The position numbers were made by a program, and so were the translations under genes. Under the pieces are notes generated by a model. The model did not search any database. It was given only the letters and a program-made list of their open reading frames with translations, and was not told the DNA's origin. Of a stretch of 64,000 bases of DNA, positions 12,645 to 25,200 are shown piece after piece (position 1 is the first letter of the stretch; every line of letters begins with the position of its first letter). This DNA is from Selaginella moellendorffii. Lineage: Eukaryota > Plantae > Lycopodiophyta. The stretch is from NCBI RefSeq assembly GCF_000143415.4, contig NW_003314346.1, positions 650,936-714,935 of the forward strand, written 5' to 3'.

Positions 12645-13350
12645 AAGGTACTTACCACCTCCTAGGACGTTTCCTAGTTGGAGAACCCTCCGTTGCAAAG
12701 CAATACGAACACCTTCTCGGTCTGTTTTCTGCAATGATCAAGGTCTATTTTAATTAAGGTATAGATAGCCGTCCTCAGCTGGGTTTACAGTTTCAGCGTA
12801 TCTGGTCAAAAGCCAGCTTTCGAAAAGGATTGCATTGGTGAAAGAGCTTACCTGCGTTTTTCTGCAGAAACGACGCACCCACAGTACAGATTGTGTCTTG
12901 CTTTTCGCAAAGAAGAGCCAATTATGCCTGAAATTGGATTTTTTTATACAAATTAAGTACAGACCTGCTCATAGGCAAGGAAGTCCTCTCGAAAAGCAAA
13001 TAATGGCATTTTTCTAGCACACCTATAGCTTGGATACTTGATTTGCAATATCCACGAGAAGAAAAACATGGGAATCCTGCTCAAAGAATAGCCTCTGAAA
13101 AAAATTAAATAAGCAGTGGAATATTTTAAGAGGGACCTATAATCGCTAAAGTAGAACTTCAACTGTTTCAGCTATTCGAATGCATGGACCGGTTTGCCAA
13201 GTATTTTCAAGCTTGTATAAGAACCAATGATCACTTGCTACTTACAAATGCAGAGAAATCAATGCATCTCGACTTCCTGTGATAAGCTGAATCCTTTTAA
13301 AAACTTAGAGTGATCTGCAGGTAGGAACAGAAATAAGACAAAGAATGTAA
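12645..13350 (-). pseudogene. FAN1: FAN1 fragment A (central exons, most diverged copy)
   Basis: Colinear similarity to 32743-33730 (IKYPSYRCARKMPLFAFREDFLAYEQV; RIALQRRVLQLG) with many deletions. Confidence 0.85.
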
Positions 13351-13517
13351 TTAGCATTTCCTTCAAATTAGAATGACATAAATATTAAGCTCCAGGAACT
13401 TAGACGTTGAAGGATCTGGGTCTGAAATACACGTTTTGTAATTTGAGACAAAAAACCTTTCACAAGCATTTGCTACAAACATGACATCCTTGTATAGTAG
13501 TAGCTGATACATTTACA

Positions 13518-13830
13518 TCAAGCTCGAAGAACGTCAACGTCGAAGGTTCTGAAAATGAAGTGATTGTCCTTGAAAGGCACCCTAAGCTCGTAAACTGCCA
13601 CCACCTTGGCTTCCAGGCTGCCATCGCTAGGAACTTGGATCACTATCACAACTTTGCAATTCTTTGAGACTCCCCAGATATTATTCTGGCAGCTCACAAT
13701 GCTGAAGAAAAACATGTCTTGGCCAGAAGAAGCGTTAGTCAGCTGGAGCACCTCCCATGAGTTATTGCCACATTCATATCTCCACAATGATCTGGCCATG
13801 TCAGCCTCATAGATCCGGTTGGAGTGCACT
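13518..13830 (-). pseudogene. F-box/kelch gene, C-terminal fragment
   Basis: VHSNRIYEAD...SCQNNIWGV...EAKVVAVYEL...VLRA* is paralogous to the end of 28683-29684. The 5' part is missing. Confidence 0.85.
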
Positions 13831-13834
13831 GCTG

Positions 13835-14466
13835 CTGTGGCTCCGCAGGGTCTGGCATCGCTCCTTCTCACACCCATTCAGGCTCATGATCAGCACATGG
13901 CGGTGCAGGGTGCTGTTGTTTGTGCGGCCGTGAAACAGGAGATGCTCGGGCTGCAGCGGTATTACCAACAATTTGGCGCAGCCCAACGCCTAGATCGCAG
14001 TTTGGTGGTCCTGAATGAGAAATGCGTCCCATCGAGCGTGTAAATCCTGGGGCAACGGTGGAAATTATCCATCCCAGTAAGCTAGTTTATCTTGTCGGGG
14101 CGGTGAGAAGTTTGCGGTCAAGTATGTTCAACAGTACGGGTATGCACAAAGCGTGGGCCGATGCCGGCTACACATCCCAGAACCATGGGTGAACCTCAAG
14201 AAGTGCCGGGTGGCTGGCTGGAGGTGGACCTGGATAGTAAGAAAGGCTGGGAGCTTCTTTATGGCCTCAGGGATGTGGAAACACTCTGGGGTCAGGTGGT
14301 GGCGTGTTTGAAGGCTGCTCACGGGTTGAAAGTCGAGACAAGCAGGCTACATATGGCGTGCATAGCGACAATGTGTGACAACAATGTTAGGTTCATTGAC
14401 TTTGACTGGGCCATGAAGGAGGGATCACTGTATCCAACCTTTATGACAACGATGGAGGTAATTTGA
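13835..14466 (+). pseudogene. Degenerate protein-kinase-like domain of the Crinkler/fungal 'IDFDWA' type
   Basis: Across frameshifts: AVKYVQQYG - HKAWADAGY - PGGWLEV - LKAAH - GVHSD - VRFIDFDWA - YPTFM. Confidence 0.7.
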
Positions 14467-14683
14467 ACTAACAGGCCTATGATATAAACATGATTTGTTT
14501 CTTGCAGGATATGGAACTGAAGAACGTGGTTTTTGTTGACAGCAATAACAGAAGAGTACTAGGCCTAAATCACTCTGGAAAGAAGATAAGCAAGAGATGA
14601 TAAGGAGAAGAGAGCGCTTCATGCACAGACTGCTAGTCAAATTTCAGCCACTTCTTAGTCAACACGCACTAGTGCAAGAGCTT

Positions 14684-16174
14684 TTAGAAGTGGTATCTTT
14701 TTGAACTCTTGGCGCCGTACGAATTTCTCGGCTTCACGCCAGGCTTCCATGCACAAATCCCAAACGCCAGGGCTTCCTTCCATGCCAGTAACAACCAGTG
14801 CCCATCCCTGTACAAGCTAAACTTCTCGCCTCTCCAGATCAGCTTGGCTGTCTCGATAACTTGGTCGCTCAGAGGCAGCTGCTCGAATCCAGCTTTCTTT
14901 GCCGTCGAATCCCAGTAGTAGTATGGCCCCGGCCGTTCCACTCGATCCACACCTTCACAGGCCACCACATTCATGATGCTTCTCTCCACAAACTTTCTTG
15001 CGAAGGCAAGCTCTTGCGGATGATCCTTAAGAACCTCTCCAAAACCGTTTAGAATGTTGGCATAGTACGCAAGTGTCGCCTCAAAGCGCTGGACGAAGAA
15101 CGGGGACGAGACGTTGGGGTCGGCGTTTGGCAGAGACTGGATCAACAATGCCGGCTGGAGCTTCAGCATACGATCGAAGAACACCTTCCTTGGATTGTTT
15201 GCTGCGGTGGAGTCGTCCCTCAAGAATCGCAGTCTCCTGTTTGTGTTGATGACCACAAACTCGTTCAAGCTGTTGCACTGCGGCTGTGCGAGCTCCCAAG
15301 AGTCTGTAGTGATGTAGTTAAACTCAAACGGAATCCCACACGATTCTGCGAACTCGAGTAAATGCTGCCCAATCTGTGCACCATCTATCATCCCAGACGA
15401 GTCGATTCCTGTCATCCTCAGCAGTGGAGTTCCCTCGGGTCGCTGAGATAACGCTCGGATAAGCCACGGCCACTGGCTGCCATACAGTATCCCGTAGTCC
15501 ACAATATGAATCCGCTTCGCTCCCTTGCACGCCTCGAGAATTATGTGATTCGAGATCACCTCGGTGGCGCTGAACCACGGGAGGTTCATGCACAAAAGCC
15601 CCAAGTAGCGCTTCTGAGAAACCTCTCTGGACAGAGCCGAGTAGAGCTGTGAACCACACCCTTTAAGCCTTGCTACCAGTGCGTTGACGAAGAACAATGC
15701 GGTCCTTTCTAAGTGGCTGTTTTCGGATGTCACTGAGTTCTTGATCAATCCGATGAGATTGTAAACTTGTGCCGAGTTCCTGGCTGCTACTGCTCTTGCG
15801 CACTCGTTGAGCAAGCTAAATACTTCCTGGTCGACCTGTTCTTGATCACTGTCCGGAGACTGGACGCAACCTCTTATGATGGAATTCAAGTCGTCCATGT
15901 AAGCCTGGTATCTGTTCTGCTGCGGGGTTGCAACCTCCTGCTCGTCACTATCACTATCCCCGTCTAAAAGCATCTTGGAAAGGTAAGTCAGCGCAGGATC
16001 GTCCAGCTGCAAAACAGGAGCCTCAACTGGAAGTGGTTCAATTCTTACTTGGTGTTGCAAAAGGGCCTTCTGCAGCAGCGGGATCAAGCTGCCCGTTGTC
16101 ATTTGCGACCTGTAGCCCTCTTTTTCCATCATGACCTCCGAAGTAAAAAATCCTCCAGGCCGGAAAGAATTCAT
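14684..16174 (-). CDS. GRAS family transcription factor (LISCL/SCL9-14-like), intronless, 496 aa
   Basis: LLNECARAV, VHIID-like IHIVDYGILYGSQWP, PFYRE-like FFVQRFEATLAYY, NVVACEG..RVERP, and a SAW-like end WLLLAWK...CAW. Confidence 0.93.
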   Translation of the reverse strand: MNSFRPGGFFTSEVMMEKEGYRSQMTTGSLIPLLQKALLQHQVRIEPLPVEAPVLQLDDPALTYLSKMLLDGDSDSDEQEVATPQQNRYQAYMDDLNSIIRGCVQSPDSDQEQVDQEVFSLLNECARAVAARNSAQVYNLIGLIKNSVTSENSHLERTALFFVNALVARLKGCGSQLYSALSREVSQKRYLGLLCMNLPWFSATEVISNHIILEACKGAKRIHIVDYGILYGSQWPWLIRALSQRPEGTPLLRMTGIDSSGMIDGAQIGQHLLEFAESCGIPFEFNYITTDSWELAQPQCNSLNEFVVINTNRRLRFLRDDSTAANNPRKVFFDRMLKLQPALLIQSLPNADPNVSSPFFVQRFEATLAYYANILNGFGEVLKDHPQELAFARKFVERSIMNVVACEGVDRVERPGPYYYWDSTAKKAGFEQLPLSDQVIETAKLIWRGEKFSLYRDGHWLLLAWKEALAFGICAWKPGVKPRNSYGAKSSKRYHF

Positions 16175-16259
16175 ATACGAGTCAAAAACCCTCCAGGCCG
16201 GAAAGAATTCATATACGAGTCAAAAACCCTCCAGGCCGGAAAGAATTCATATACAAGTC
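16146..16259. repeat. 38-bp tandem repeat x3 overlapping the GRAS start codon
   Basis: AAAAA(T/C)CCTCCAGGCCGGAAAGAATTCATATAC(G/A)AGTC at 16146, 16184 and 16222. Confidence 0.97.
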
Positions 16260-16428
16260 AAAAAAGTGTTCTGATTTACCCCAGAAATGTGATCTCAATT
16301 GATCACATTCCCCGAATTTCAGAGAAAGATCGTATCAAAAAAGTCAATAGAAGGATCAGTGACTGCATGTTTTCACATAAAAACGTGACGTGTTCTTGCC
16401 ACATCTTCCTCACCTGGATACATGTCCA

Positions 16429-17531
16429 TCAAGCTCGTTCAGAACCTCGACGCGGAAGGCTAATGGATAGATGCTGGAAGGCAAGCTGAGCCTGTAAACC
16501 GCCACCACCTTGGCTTCCAAGCCGCCATCATTGGGAACTTGGATCACTTTCACGGCCTTGCGATTCTCCATGACCGCCCAGATGTTCTTCTGGCAGCTCA
16601 CTGCGCGGAACAAAAACTTGTCACCGCTGGAAGAAGCATTCGTCTCCGTGACCGCCCAGATGATCTTCTGCCGGAACAAAAACTTGTCACCGCTGGAAGA
16701 AGCTAGATAGAAGAAGGGTTTGTCATCTGGATGGAAGAAGCGTCCGTCAGCTGGAGCGTCTCCCACGACTTCTTGCCATTGCCGTATCTCAACAACAATG
16801 ATCCCGCCTTGTCGGACTTGTACATCTGGTTGGAGTGCACAAAGCAGCGGCGCCGCTCCTGCCATCCAGGGAGGTCCGCCACCTCCCACGAAAGATCTCG
16901 AGCCGAGAAAACAAACGTCGGGCCACCACAGCGCGCGGTCACAACCATCTTGCTGTTATCGACGACGAGGGCGTCGTGAAATCTGTTTTCCAGCGATGGC
17001 GGAGGGGGGAGAGGATCCCATCGATCCTCCACCGTCCGGTTCCTCCCCCATCCCGTTGCCACCCACGACGTAGAGCCGACCCTCCATAGCTGCGGACACA
17101 TAGCACCTTCGACGATGCAGCATTGGCGCCGCGACGCTCCATCGACTCGTGCGTGCATCGAAGACGCTCACCGATTTCTTGCGGCCCCATCTCCCAAGAA
17201 GATAGAGCTTGCTGCCAACGGCCCTGCACTCGAATCATCTCCTGGCGTTGAGCATGAAGCCCTGCGAAGGAGGAGGAGGTAATATCATCCATGCGCTATT
17301 GGGATTGAACGCAATGATCGAAAGCTCTTCCCTGAGCAACACCGATGCGACAAGCCATTCCTCGTCCAAGCCCTGGGCGGAGCGATTATCGTAGAACTTC
17401 GCGCTGGAGACGAGATTCCTCCACGCTTGGCTCACCTGGCACATCTGCCCGTGGGATGAGAGCGACACTCGCAGGAGGCACTGGTAAGCAGCATCATTGT
17501 CCAAGCAGGGGATGAGCGCCGCCGTCGCCAT
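16429..17531 (-). pseudogene. F-box/kelch-repeat pseudogene
   Basis: MATAALIPCLDNDAAYQCLLRV (F-box) and kelch motif AAMEGRLYVVGG. Has a premature stop, frameshifts and an internal duplication (ASSSGDKFLFR twice). Confidence 0.9.
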
Positions 17532-18149
17532 AGCCGAGCTTTGCTAGGGCCTCTTACCCTTCGCCACTCCTCCAGCGAAAGACAAGGGGATCGCACCGTT
17601 GCATTTTACAGTACTGATAAATTTTCCAAGATTGTAATTTGATTGTTGACACTTTTTTGGGATAATTTTTTGGCATTCTAAAGATATTTTTTAGTGTGAG
17701 TATGGATATAAAAATGGAATACAAATCAATTACCCTAACTCATATGATTAAAATCATATATTAATTATATAACTATATATTTGGAATTTATATCATCTTT
17801 TACTTTTTGAGGATGGAAGTAATTAAGGTAGGGTCAGGATTTTAAAAAATATTAAAAGGAGGCACCAATGGATTTTTATGTAGTGTCAATTGTTTTTGAT
17901 CCCTTTCTATGAAATGTTTTAATTGTTGTATATGCATAATGTTTAAAGGATTAATTTATTGAATGTCATGTTAAATTTTATAAATTTGTGGTTCAACTTG
18001 CCACAACACTTGATCTTCCACTAAGCAAAGTGCCTTTTATATAAACCAATTAACACTATATCATTTATTTTGTACTATAGTGGAAGAATGCTTGTTAAAT
18101 ATTGATCTTGAAACTTAACATCAACAATTCATGGTAATTGCAAAGGTAA

Positions 18150-19300
18150 ATTTAACTTCATTTGTAATATCAAATCATAGTCATATAGGAATTTATATGG
18201 TGAAGCACTAACAAAATTCTGTACCCCTATGATAAATACTGAGGAGAGGGAAAATAACCATCATAATCTGAATACTAAAAGCTCATGTACTTCATGATTG
18301 TTCTTTTGAAAATTTAAACGAGTTGTCCACCAATTGTGGACGATAATCACTTGTGAATGTGTGGTGTATCCCTAACTGAAATGTTAAAATGTAAAATGCC
18401 TTAGCCATAAATGTGGGACTATTATCCAAGAGAATCAACTTTGAAATGTTGAAACACTATTCAATTGAGGAGGAAATATTTAATAGTAGTTGCAAATGCA
18501 CTAGTAAGAGCACTGACTTCCACCCAGTGAGTTAAATAGTCAGAAAGAATAATGATATACTTATTATTAACAGTCGACTGTGAAAAAAGCCCCATTAAAT
18601 CAAATGCCACTAACTTAAATGAATAAGAAATTTTAATTGACTCCAATTGTCCTTTTGTAGCACAAAGGGGCTTGGCACTAAACACAACTATACATATACT
18701 AGATGACATCATGTTACATCTCTGACCAATAAAAAAACTTGTATAATTTTTTAGTCACACAATGATATTTCATATACCCACATAGCCATGAAGAAAGGGT
18801 GGAATAAAAATTGAAGGCACTATCATCCATAAATAGCCATCATGATCCATCCCCAGAAAATAGAGATCATTTTCAAAATGATATTGAGAATGTAAATGCT
18901 GAAATGGCAAGTCATCGGCAAGTGATGTAGAATTCTCAAATACATCATGAAGTTTTCATATTTATGGCTTAAATTTTTGAACCTCACAAACCTTATTAAG
19001 AAAAAGTAAATCTTGTTTTGCACTTTGTAAACATTGAATATCAAGTACAACAGCCGTTGGTGGCTCAAATTCCTTATCGAGAAAATCTATATATCCTGGA
19101 AAAACAAGTTGGTTAGGAACAAAAGAAGAGAATAGAGAAGGGAGAGGCACTCAAGAAAGGGCATTAGCATTAGCCATAGAACTTTTTGGGTGATGAACAA
19201 TCTCAAAATTATATATTTAAAACTTCATAACCCACAAAGCAACATAATTAACCAACTCAAAACTTAACTAAGCTTGAAGTTGAGGAAGCCATGCTCCCTC
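18150..19300 (-). mobile_element. Highly degenerate gypsy RNase H/integrase remnant (same family as 22223-26559)
   Basis: YNFEIVHHP..MANANALS; HCVTKKL; FKLVAFDLMGLF...SDYLTHWVEV, matching 25233-25700. Confidence 0.85.
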
Positions 19301-20859
19301 TATCATACTGTGTCCAAAAGTGCCAAGAGAATCTCTAATATCCAAGAGTCCTATTGAAAAGGTATTGAAGTTGTGAAAAAGTTGTAGAGTGCTCATATCC
19401 ACCACTTTCATTGCTGTAAAGTTGTCAAAAGAACAAGGTTCTCTTATTAATTGCTGTAGATGTGGATGGCCATGGTTCAAAGCTAAGTGTGGCTGAAAAG
19501 AGTATCTGCTCCAAGTTGAAGTAGGAAAAACATGCTAGAATCTTGCAAATGCCTCCTTGTAAGATCCTAGGCTTTGCAAGCTCAAAGCTCCCATGCAGCA
19601 TGTCCAAACTGGTTGGAAATGGATGGAGAGAAACTAGAGGAGTCTCCTGAATGTCATAGTGAAGGGCTAGTGTCAGAAGCATAGAAGGAGAATTCACCAT
19701 TTGGGATGGAACAAAACTTATATCAAACATCTGTGATAAGACTAAAGAGGTACATGAAAGTCACACATTAGTGCACAAGAGATCACAATGGGGTAGATAT
19801 GTCACTTCTATAGTTGGCCAAAGAAAGCCTCCAATGAAAACTTTGGGAGTGCTTTTGTTAGAAGATTCATGGATAACTGCTTAAGAGCACAAACTTCATG
19901 CTTTTTGATAAATGGTCTTCTAAATGTTACTAGTGATGTCCCAAACTAAAACATCCCAACTAAAGACCATTTGAAGGATGCATTCTTTTTAATAGTAATT
20001 GTACTTCACACAATAGGTCTTGCTACCTTCATTCTTTCAAATGACCCTAATTATATATTCTACCTCATAAGGTATGCAACTTGAGTTAATTTCAAAAGGC
20101 TTTCCTTCGAGTTCATCATAGATAGTGTTGGGTCAAGATCAAAGGCGTCCTAGGCATGCCAAAAAAGGTAATAAATCATCTTGTGTTTTATATTGTCTTT
20201 TAAAGTTTTATTTTCAAGTTATGATGTGGACCTACTATATGTTATATAGAAAAGAACAGAAGAGTTATTGTGATAGCAAGAGTGCTACATGTGTTTTGCC
20301 AAGGTATATAGGTCTATTGACATCATACTAAATGAGGATATCTACAACACATTTACTTAGGTATCATTTTAATCTCCATTGGTGATGGATGTTCTACTTA
20401 AGGTCTATTGCCCAATTAGTGGCGTTGTGCACAATAGGTAATGGTCCAATGGTCAAGGCAATATATGATTTTAGTAAATGAGTGTTTGCAATTGAAGAAT
20501 ATAAGTTTTTCAAACATTGCTTTAGAGGTTCTTATCCTTTTCTCTCAATTGCCTTAAGGAGGTAATTTATAGTGTTTTAAAAACTTATAAACAATACATA
20601 TTCATTTTTTCCTCTATATCATAAATCCCTAATATAATGAACTCTAGAAGTCTTTTTAAATATGGGCATAACATTTGCAAAGTGAGTTTTCCCCTTAAAT
20701 TGAGAAGTCATACAAAAAATCTATTTATCAATGATATAGTAGAAGAGTGTTGAATGCATCTATTTGTGATGAAAAAATTATGTCACATATCAGTGAATTA
20801 TATATAGTAACAGTATTAGAGATAACAACAGTGTCAATTTGTCAAATTTCATAATGGTA

Positions 20860-21720
20860 GGTATGCTATCTATAATTAATACCATTTAATTATTTATTTA
20901 GAGGGGCAGGGAATGGAAAATATCATAGTGTAGGAAAGTAACTATAATTCTCACGTTACACAAGATGGCCTAGAATTACCATATTCAACGCTTGTGGATC
21001 TAATATTTACTAATAGGATATTATTCCTCATCATGAATATTATGTGTCCTTAATTATTTCTTAATTTCCCTATACATTTATGTGTGCATACTTCCACATT
21101 AGCTCTTGAGCAATTGCGACAGTGTTTTAGAAATGTTTCTAGACTTATACAACCATCTGTTTGTCTAAATAAAAGATAATATGTGTTTATTCTTTGACAA
21201 TACATAGATTCTTAATAGTATAGATTATTAGTCTTGAAAATGAGACTTCAAAAATTATAAGTGTCAGAACAACTTATATCATAATTATATATAATAATGT
21301 TTTTACACATGCTAGAATACTATCATTCTCAAAAATATAAGTTTTTATACTTTACTAATAATGAACTAAACTTTTAAAGATTCTAAAACATTATATGCAT
21401 AATACATCTTATGGGGGCCCTAGAATAAGGTATGCTATCTATAATCAATACCATTTAATTATTTTTTCTTTTTTATAAATAGGTAATATGTATATGAAAG
21501 TAACTATAACTCTCATATTACATCATAGGGATTCTATATTTAACACTCACTATATGTTGTTCATCACCATAAAATTATAGTAGTTATGTGTCTTTAACTT
21601 TTCCTTGATTTTCTTGTATATCCATACATACTATCTAAACCAACTCTTGAGCATTTGCATCAGTGCTCAAGAAAAGATATTAAACCCATACAACCATATA
21701 TCTTGTTCAAATAAAAGTAG
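20860..21720. repeat. Degenerate AT-rich direct duplication (~300-bp units, ~570 bp apart)
   Basis: GTATGCTATCTATAAT(T/C)AATACCATTTAATTATTT, GAAAGTAACTATAA, CTCTTGAGCA and ATACAACCAT recur in the same order from ~20860 and ~21430. Confidence 0.7.
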
Positions 21721-22058
21721 CATATAAGACATTTATATGTACATACTTAAACACTCATGCTATATCTGGAGCAAGATCTTAAAAACAATGTTGATATTGC
21801 TTTTGGAGTATTGAAGGCATCCCAACTCTTCTAGCAACATCATAGAAAAGGAAATTTTATTTAGTTGTATTTAAAGTTGCAAGAAGAAAAACTTCACAAT
21901 AATTGTTATATAAAAAGAAAGATCCCTGAAAATGAAATGGATAATTATTATATAGAGTTGAAGGAAGATTATTAGTTGAGCTTATGGATAAAGGTGGAAA
22001 CTCATATGTGAGACCTTTGTGTCCAAACATATTGTTCTTTTAAATTTATACATCAGTC

Positions 22059-22222
<164 letters not shown>

Positions 22223-25200
22223 CATGAGGGCCAAGTGTACGGCTACAATGCCATATACTAATATTAGCATAGTGGGATTTTGCTAGCCATCGGATTGGTT
22301 TCAATTCGGACCATTTGCTCCTGTATATAAGCTAAGGTTTTTGGGCTAATTAATATGCACATTTTTTATATTCCCTTTCCATATTCTAAGTACTTATATT
22401 GATAGAAGTTAGGGGCACCTTTGATTGTCCTTGAGGAGTGCTTGGATTTAGGATTTTTGGTTTAGATCTAGCTTTTGCATTGTCTAGATCTAACTTTTTC
22501 CATTTCTTTTCTTTTGTTCTTTCTTTTCAGAATTTTGGGTTAGATCTAGCTTTTTGCATTGTCTAGATCTACCATTTCCTTCTAGCTTTTTGTCATTTAT
22601 CTTCTTTTGCACTTGCTTTTTCGTTCATCTTCATGGCAAATAAGCAATTTCCTCCTTTGACTCTGGAGCAACAGTTGGTTCAATTGCTTGATGCTATGCG
22701 CTTGCAATTGAACAACAAAACTCTATTGATGGCAGCATTTATGGCACGTGGTACAACTCCTCCTACTCTTGGTGCCAATCCTCACATTTGGCTGGAGTTC
22801 TTTTGTGAGAATCCTGGGGATGATGTGTACCATTGGTTTGATCACTTCATAGTGATTGCCACATATTATTTTTGGGATGATACTCGACGTTTGTGTGAGT
22901 TTCCCACGTGTCTCCAAGGGACGGCATTGCAATGGTACAATGGTTTGAGCGCAGCCACTCATGGGGATTGAAGTGTTTTCCCGGACGTCTTCAAATGCGC
23001 CTTCGAACATGCCGATGACTATGATGATGCCTTCCAACAATTGCATCATCTTTGCCAAGGGCCATCTGAGTCGGTGATGCAATTTGGCATTCATTTCCGA
23101 AGTCTTTTGCTTCGTGCGGAGCGAAATATGTCAGAGCGGATCAAGCTAGGAATGTTGTGGCCAGCACTTCGTCAAGATTTTGTCGGACTTGTGCATGCAC
23201 TTGCTTTTGCCACTCTTGATGATGCTCTTCGTTTGGCACAACGTTATGAGACATTGCTTCTTCCACTTCTCGCTGCACATCCTTTAACTCCACTTTCTAT
23301 ATGTGATGGTCTTGTTCCAATAGAGGTTGATGTTACTGCTGCTTGAGTCCAAGGACAAGGGCGAGGACAAGGTTGTGGCCGTGATGTTTGCTGCTGGGCG
23401 TGTGATGAAGTTGGTCATACTTATCAGTGCTGTTGGCGTTTTCTGGATTGGTGACCTCCATTTCTTAGGTGGAGACCTTAGCGTCCGCAACGTTCCATTG
23501 GTGCTGTTGCAGTGGATGGTTTGGACACTGAGATGCATTTGGGAAACAAAGAGTCGCGCGAATAATGGAGGGATTGCTCGAATAAGTCAGTGACCCCTCT
23601 ATCTTTCTTTCGAGAGTATCATCAAGGGGTTCACTCGGCACCGGTTCATTCAGTATTTACTTTCCAAGCTCGTTTTTATAATAAAAGGTCTCCTATTATT
23701 CTTTCCATGTTTGTTGATACAGGTTCAAGTTTATCTTCTATTGCTCGACCTGTTGCCACACGTTGTTGTCTACACTTGCATCGTGCGGCAGAACTAGTTT
23801 TCATTCTTTATGGCAACGATTGTATACATGCATGTGTGTCAAGACCCCCAATGTGCATGGGATGAGGCGAACCTGGTTGTGCGTGTGGGTGATCTCAAGC
23901 TTGCGTTGCAGTTATTGCGGGTGGTGCCGAGTCAAGCTTTTGACCTCATTTTTGGTATGGATTGATTGCAGTGCAATCATGCCAAGTATGACTTTGAGGC
24001 TTTTTCCCCTTGTCTCATACTTCCTTATGTTTCATCCATTCCTCTCACTTCCGTACCTCTTCGTCCCTCCAGTTCTACCTTTGCTTCCATTACTTTTGTT
24101 CCCCCACTATTTCCTCCTATGTTTCCGTTTTGTTCTGCTCTTCCCTTTTCTGATCCTTCCGACAATCTTTGTATTGCAACGGTTGACCGGCTCATGAAGG
24201 AGTATTCTGATCTCTTTGAATTTGAACTATCGTCTAGGGCTCGGATTGCCATACGTCATCCGATTCCAACTGGGGATGCTCGTCCAATCAAGGTTTATAT
24301 TCGTCGTTAGTCACCCAAGGAGATTAAGATTTTACATGCAAATGTCAAGGAGATGTTGGAGAAGGATGTTATTTGGAAGTCGCAAAGTCCTTGGGCATGT
24401 GCTCCTCATCTTGTAACGAAGCCTGATGGGAGTATTCATTTTTGCATTGACTATCATCTGTTAAACAAAGTGACAATCCCCGATTGTACCCTCTTCCTCA
24501 CACTGCTGATCTCTTGGATTGTATGGGGCGAAGTTGTTGGTTCATCAAGCTAGATTTTGCTTTTGAGTACGAAGAAGATATTTCTAAAACTATTTTTCGT
24601 ACACCATTTGGTTTGTACGAGTTCTTGGTGATGCTGTTTGGTTTGAACAATGCTCCAACAACTTTTTAGCGGATGATGGACGAGGTTTTTTGTGATATGC
24701 TAGAGGTGACTACTGACTTCATTGATAATGTCTTGATCCATTTAGAGGGGATATGGGAGGAGCATGTTTGTGATGTTTATAAAGTGTTGGATCGGCTACG
24801 TGATGTTGGTTTAAAGCTAAAGCGGTTGAAGTGCGTGTTTGGGTCCAAGGACACAACTTATCTTGGGTACCGTATTTCTCATGAGGGTTCGCAAGTTGAT
24901 CCTGAGAAACTTGTGGCTGTTTTAAAGTTCCCTACTCCAAAGTGTGTGAATGATATGCAGCGCTTCTTGGGCAAGGTGCAGTATCTCAGTCGTTTTGTGG
25001 ATCATCTTTTTGATTGCACTACACCATTGCAAGCATTGTTGAAGTCATCAACATCATCTTTCATCTAGTCTCCAGATTGTAAAAGGGCATTTGTGGATCT
25101 CAAAGAGCTATTGACGACTTCTCCGGTTTTGGCATATCCTAACTACACTCAACCTTTTATTTTGCGCGTGGATGCTTCTAACATTGGTCTTGGAGGTGTG

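Noticed and set aside
16146-16259. CRISPR-like 38-bp repeats
   Set aside because: The units are contiguous with no spacers, the context is eukaryotic, and there are no cas genes.
19330-20150. Possible LINE RT remnant on the minus strand
   Set aside because: Too degenerate, with no motif I can support without a profile search.
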